64,000 bases of DNA from Candidatus Marinacidobacterales bacterium (lineage in GTDB: Bacteria; Acidobacteriota; Vicinamibacteria; Marinacidobacterales; SMYC01). The position numbers and the translations under genes are program-made. The notes under the pieces are model-generated. The model searched no databases. It was given only the letters and a program-made list of their open reading frames with translations, and was not told where the DNA came from. The first letter of the stretch is position 1; each line of letters opens with the position of its first letter. This document shows positions 61,391-64,000 of the stretch, piece by piece. The stretch spans positions 3,456,001 to 3,520,000 of the forward strand of contig OZ250169.1 of assembly GCA_965237955.1 (NCBI GenBank), in the 5' to 3' direction.

Positions 61391-62209
61391 ATGACAGCAG
61401 CGAAGACGCCGTCCGTCGCTATGACAATCGCTGGCTCGGATTCGGGTGGCGGTGCCGGCATCCAGGCGGACCTGAAGACGTTCGCAGCTCACGGGGTCTA
61501 CGGGACGAGCGCGATTACTGCGGTCACGGCTCAAAACACGGAGGCTGTGACCGGGATCCAGACGATGTCGCCCGAGCTCGTGGCCCTTCAAATCGATGCC
61601 GTCGTTGAAGATATAGGCGTCGATGCCGCGAAAACCGGGATGCTCGCCACGTCGGACGTCATCTTTGTGGTAGCGCACAAGCTGGAGGAACACCATATCG
61701 AGAAAGCCGTCGTCGATCCCGTCATGGTGGCCGGAAGTGGCGATCGCTTGCTCGAGCCGTCCGCAATCGAGACGCTCAAAAAGGAGCTCGTACCGCGCGC
61801 CTACATTGTGACACCGAATCTTCCCGAGGCAGAGGCCCTCGTGGGGTTTCCGGTTGACGAAGAAGGCGCGGTGAAGGGAGCTTGTCGGCAGATTGTAGAG
61901 ATGGGCGCCAGGGCGGTGGTGATCAAGGGAGGTCGCGCCACCGGGGAAGAGTCCATCGACTGGCTCTACGATAGGCGGCGGTTCTCCCGCTTCGCTGCGC
62001 CTCGCATTGCCAGTCGGAACACGCACGGGACGGGGTGCACGTTCTCGGCGGCGATCGCGGCGCAGCTCGCTCGCGGTGCTCAGCTCGAGGCCGCAGTACG
62101 CTCGGCCAAGCGTTATCTCACCGCCGTGCTCGAGGTGGGCGTTGCCATCGGGCGCGGGCACGGCCCCGTTGACCACTTCGTTGGAGAGACAGTTTGGCCT
62201 CGGCGTTAG
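61391..62209 (+). CDS. thiD: Hydroxymethylpyrimidine/phosphomethylpyrimidine kinase
   Basis: [32 protein letters not shown]. Confidence 0.96.
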   Translation: MTAAKTPSVAMTIAGSDSGGGAGIQADLKTFAAHGVYGTSAITAVTAQNTEAVTGIQTMSPELVALQIDAVVEDIGVDAAKTGMLATSDVIFVVAHKLEEHHIEKAVVDPVMVAGSGDRLLEPSAIETLKKELVPRAYIVTPNLPEAEALVGFPVDEEGAVKGACRQIVEMGARAVVIKGGRATGEESIDWLYDRRRFSRFAAPRIASRNTHGTGCTFSAAIAAQLARGAQLEAAVRSAKRYLTAVLEVGVAIGRGHGPVDHFVGETVWPRR

Positions 62210-62271
62210 TAGCCCCGTTGGCCCCAATGGGCTTGTCGGGCTACGTGCAGCTGAGCTAAAATTTCACTCCC

Positions 62272-62700
62272 ATGTTCGAGATCGTTCAAGACATTCTGGA
62301 TGTACGGACGCTCGCTCAGACAGTTGCAAGCGAGTCCGACGGCGCCATCGCCACGTTCTCCGGCATCGTGCGCGGGACGAACAAAGGAAAGAAAGTGCTC
62401 TTCCTGGAGTACGAGGCTTATCCCGAGATGGCGGTGAAGATGATGGAGCGCATCGGTGAGGAGGTGAAGGCGACGTGGGGCCTCGAGAGTCTTCGCATCC
62501 AGCACCGAGTCGGGCGTCTCAACGTCGGTGAGACCAGCGTCGTCATTGTCGTGTCCTCACCGCACCGTGACGATTCCTTCGCGGCGTGCCAGTACGCGAT
62601 CAATCGATTGAAGCGCATCGTGCCGATCTGGAAAAAGGAAGTCTTCGAAGACGGCGAAGTTTGGGTCGAAGGTCCGGTGGAATCGGTGGAGGTGAGTTGA
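62272..62700 (+). CDS. moaE: Molybdopterin synthase catalytic subunit
   Basis: FSGIVR, LEYEAY, HRVG, PHR, PIWKKE. Confidence 0.95.
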   Translation: MFEIVQDILDVRTLAQTVASESDGAIATFSGIVRGTNKGKKVLFLEYEAYPEMAVKMMERIGEEVKATWGLESLRIQHRVGRLNVGETSVVIVVSSPHRDDSFAACQYAINRLKRIVPIWKKEVFEDGEVWVEGPVESVEVS

Positions 62701-62942
62701 AGGTTCGAGTACGCGTCTTCGCTGCGTTGCGTGAGATTCTCGGTAAAGAGGAGGTCGAGGTCGAGCTTCCCGAACGCACGACCATCGAAGGACTGTGGAA
62801 GCAGCTCGTCGACGACGACGATCGACTCAAACCGTTTACCAAATCGATCAACTTCGCTATCAACCATGATTTCGTTGGCAAAGAGACGGAGCTCAATCCG
62901 GACGACGAAGTAGCATTTCTCCCGCCCGTTAGCGGTGGCTGA
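62697..62942 (+). CDS. moaD: Molybdopterin synthase sulfur carrier
   Basis: FAALRE...DEVAFLPPVSGG. Confidence 0.95.
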   Translation: MKVRVRVFAALREILGKEEVEVELPERTTIEGLWKQLVDDDDRLKPFTKSINFAINHDFVGKETELNPDDEVAFLPPVSGG

Positions 62943-63388
62943 TGCCGAGCCGCACGCGCCGACAAGAGCTCATCCTAACGCTCATTAGCGACAAGCCCAT
63001 CCCCAACCAGGGCGAGCTCATCAAAGAGCTCGAGGCCGCGGGTGTGTCGATGACGCAGTCGACCCTGTCCCGGGAGCTCAAGGCGCTCGGTATCGCCAAG
63101 ACTCCGGACAGCGAAGGAGGCTACCGTTACACCACCGGCGAGCCTTCGGGACGCGGCCCGTTGTCACCTCTCGTCGCCTTCGTTCGCAAGATCGAGCGCG
63201 CCAAGAACCTCATCGTCGTGAGGACACCGCCCGGAAACGCACAGGGGGTCGCGCATGGCCTGGACGAAGTCGCATGGTCCGAAGTGATCGGGACCATTGC
63301 TGGTGACGACACTATCCTGCTGATCTGTCGCACCGACAAAGACGGCACGGAAGTGGAGCGCCGTCTGAAGGCGCTTACACGACGCTAA
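62942..63388 (+). CDS. argR: Arginine repressor
   Basis: TQSTLSRELK, T.PG.A, GTIAGDDT. Confidence 0.93.
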   Translation: MPSRTRRQELILTLISDKPIPNQGELIKELEAAGVSMTQSTLSRELKALGIAKTPDSEGGYRYTTGEPSGRGPLSPLVAFVRKIERAKNLIVVRTPPGNAQGVAHGLDEVAWSEVIGTIAGDDTILLICRTDKDGTEVERRLKALTRR

Positions 63389-63809
63389 ATTCCACAGAAT
63401 CGCTAATGTGAACACCGTTCGCCAGTGTTTTGTGGACGGGGCATCTCTGAGCTACCTGCGTGAGGCGCTTTCGTTGTGCGTCGTCGAAGCTTCCGTGCAG
63501 CGTTATCTTCGATTGGATGCGGTCGATGAATCCATCCGCGCGCTCGTCGCAGTCTTCGCAATCGTCCGCGTGCACACGGTCGAACTCGAGCTCCACGGCG
63601 ACGCCGGCTAGCTCGATGCCCTTGTGGTCAGAGTACAGTCTGAGCGTGATTGTGATGCAGGCCGCGAGGCTCCCGAGCAACATTCCATAGGGTGTCGGTC
63701 CGGTGTCGGTCCCTCGCGCGCCCGGCGGCTCGTCCGCTCGCCAGGAGAACTGACGAGCCTGAATCGTGGTTTGGGTGCCGTCGCGAAGCTCGGCGGTTAC
63801 GGTAGCCAT
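63375..63809 (-). CDS. OsmC/YhfA-family protein
   Basis: ADEP...GPTPY..LL..LAAC...CPVHKTL; AGGAGG RBS. Confidence 0.9.
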   Translation of the reverse strand: MATVTAELRDGTQTTIQARQFSWRADEPPGARGTDTGPTPYGMLLGSLAACITITLRLYSDHKGIELAGVAVELEFDRVHADDCEDCDERADGFIDRIQSKITLHGSFDDAQRKRLTQVAQRCPVHKTLANGVHISDSVEFSVV

Positions 63810-64000
63810 TGGAATCCTCCTAGGACTTGTTCACCGCCGCGACGAAGAACGTGAATCGCGGGGGTGTGGTTGCGAGCGTAGAGTATCTGATCGGGCCTCC
63901 ATGTCAGGCATTTCAGGCTTCCGACTTTCTCGCTCTCGAAACCTGACTTCTCGAGATCATACGCGAGCTTGTCTTCCCACATCGAGCGACGCCACATTCT

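Noticed and set aside
63797-64000. Short ORF at the window end
   Set aside because: No recognisable motif and truncated by the edge; cannot be supported

Overview
GC-rich bacterial chromosome segment, most likely Acidobacteriota. This is inferred from gene content (acidobacterial-type VWA protein, PD40 Ser/Thr-kinase relics, split atp operon), not from a search. In order: the end of the dcw cluster (ftsW-murG-murC-murB-ftsQ-ftsA-ftsZ); a decaying ~8.7 kb accessory patch (ISAzo13, esterase pseudogene, kinase destroyed by a Tn3 relic, IS630, an HNH gene with an in-frame TGA, an IS630-derived MITE, vapBC); a radical SAM gene and pgeF/yfiH interrupted by ISL3; mutS2-dnaG-rpoD-tRNA-Ile2; larB with glycosyltransferases; a small bacterial-microcompartment locus (aldolase, 1 hexamer, 3 pentamers, Cys-rich mini-protein); dinB, proC and a Gld-type ABC system; a sigma54/PilZ/pilin neighbourhood with a candidate sigma54-driven sRNA; a stand-alone nuoL-nuoM pair joined to atpZ-atpI-atpB-atpE; then mtnA, tsaD, a diguanylate cyclase and thiD-moaE-moaD-argR. 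Best leads: (1) NuoL carries a 26-aa duplication in its transverse helix (the '2M' complex I signature) and is co-encoded with an Ala-rich c-subunit Fo, a possible low-pmf energy module; (2) the minimal BMC with a putative encapsulated Cys/metal mini-protein; (3) an unannotated ~120-nt sigma54 sRNA with an anti-SD motif. All assignments come from reading motifs; no searches were run.
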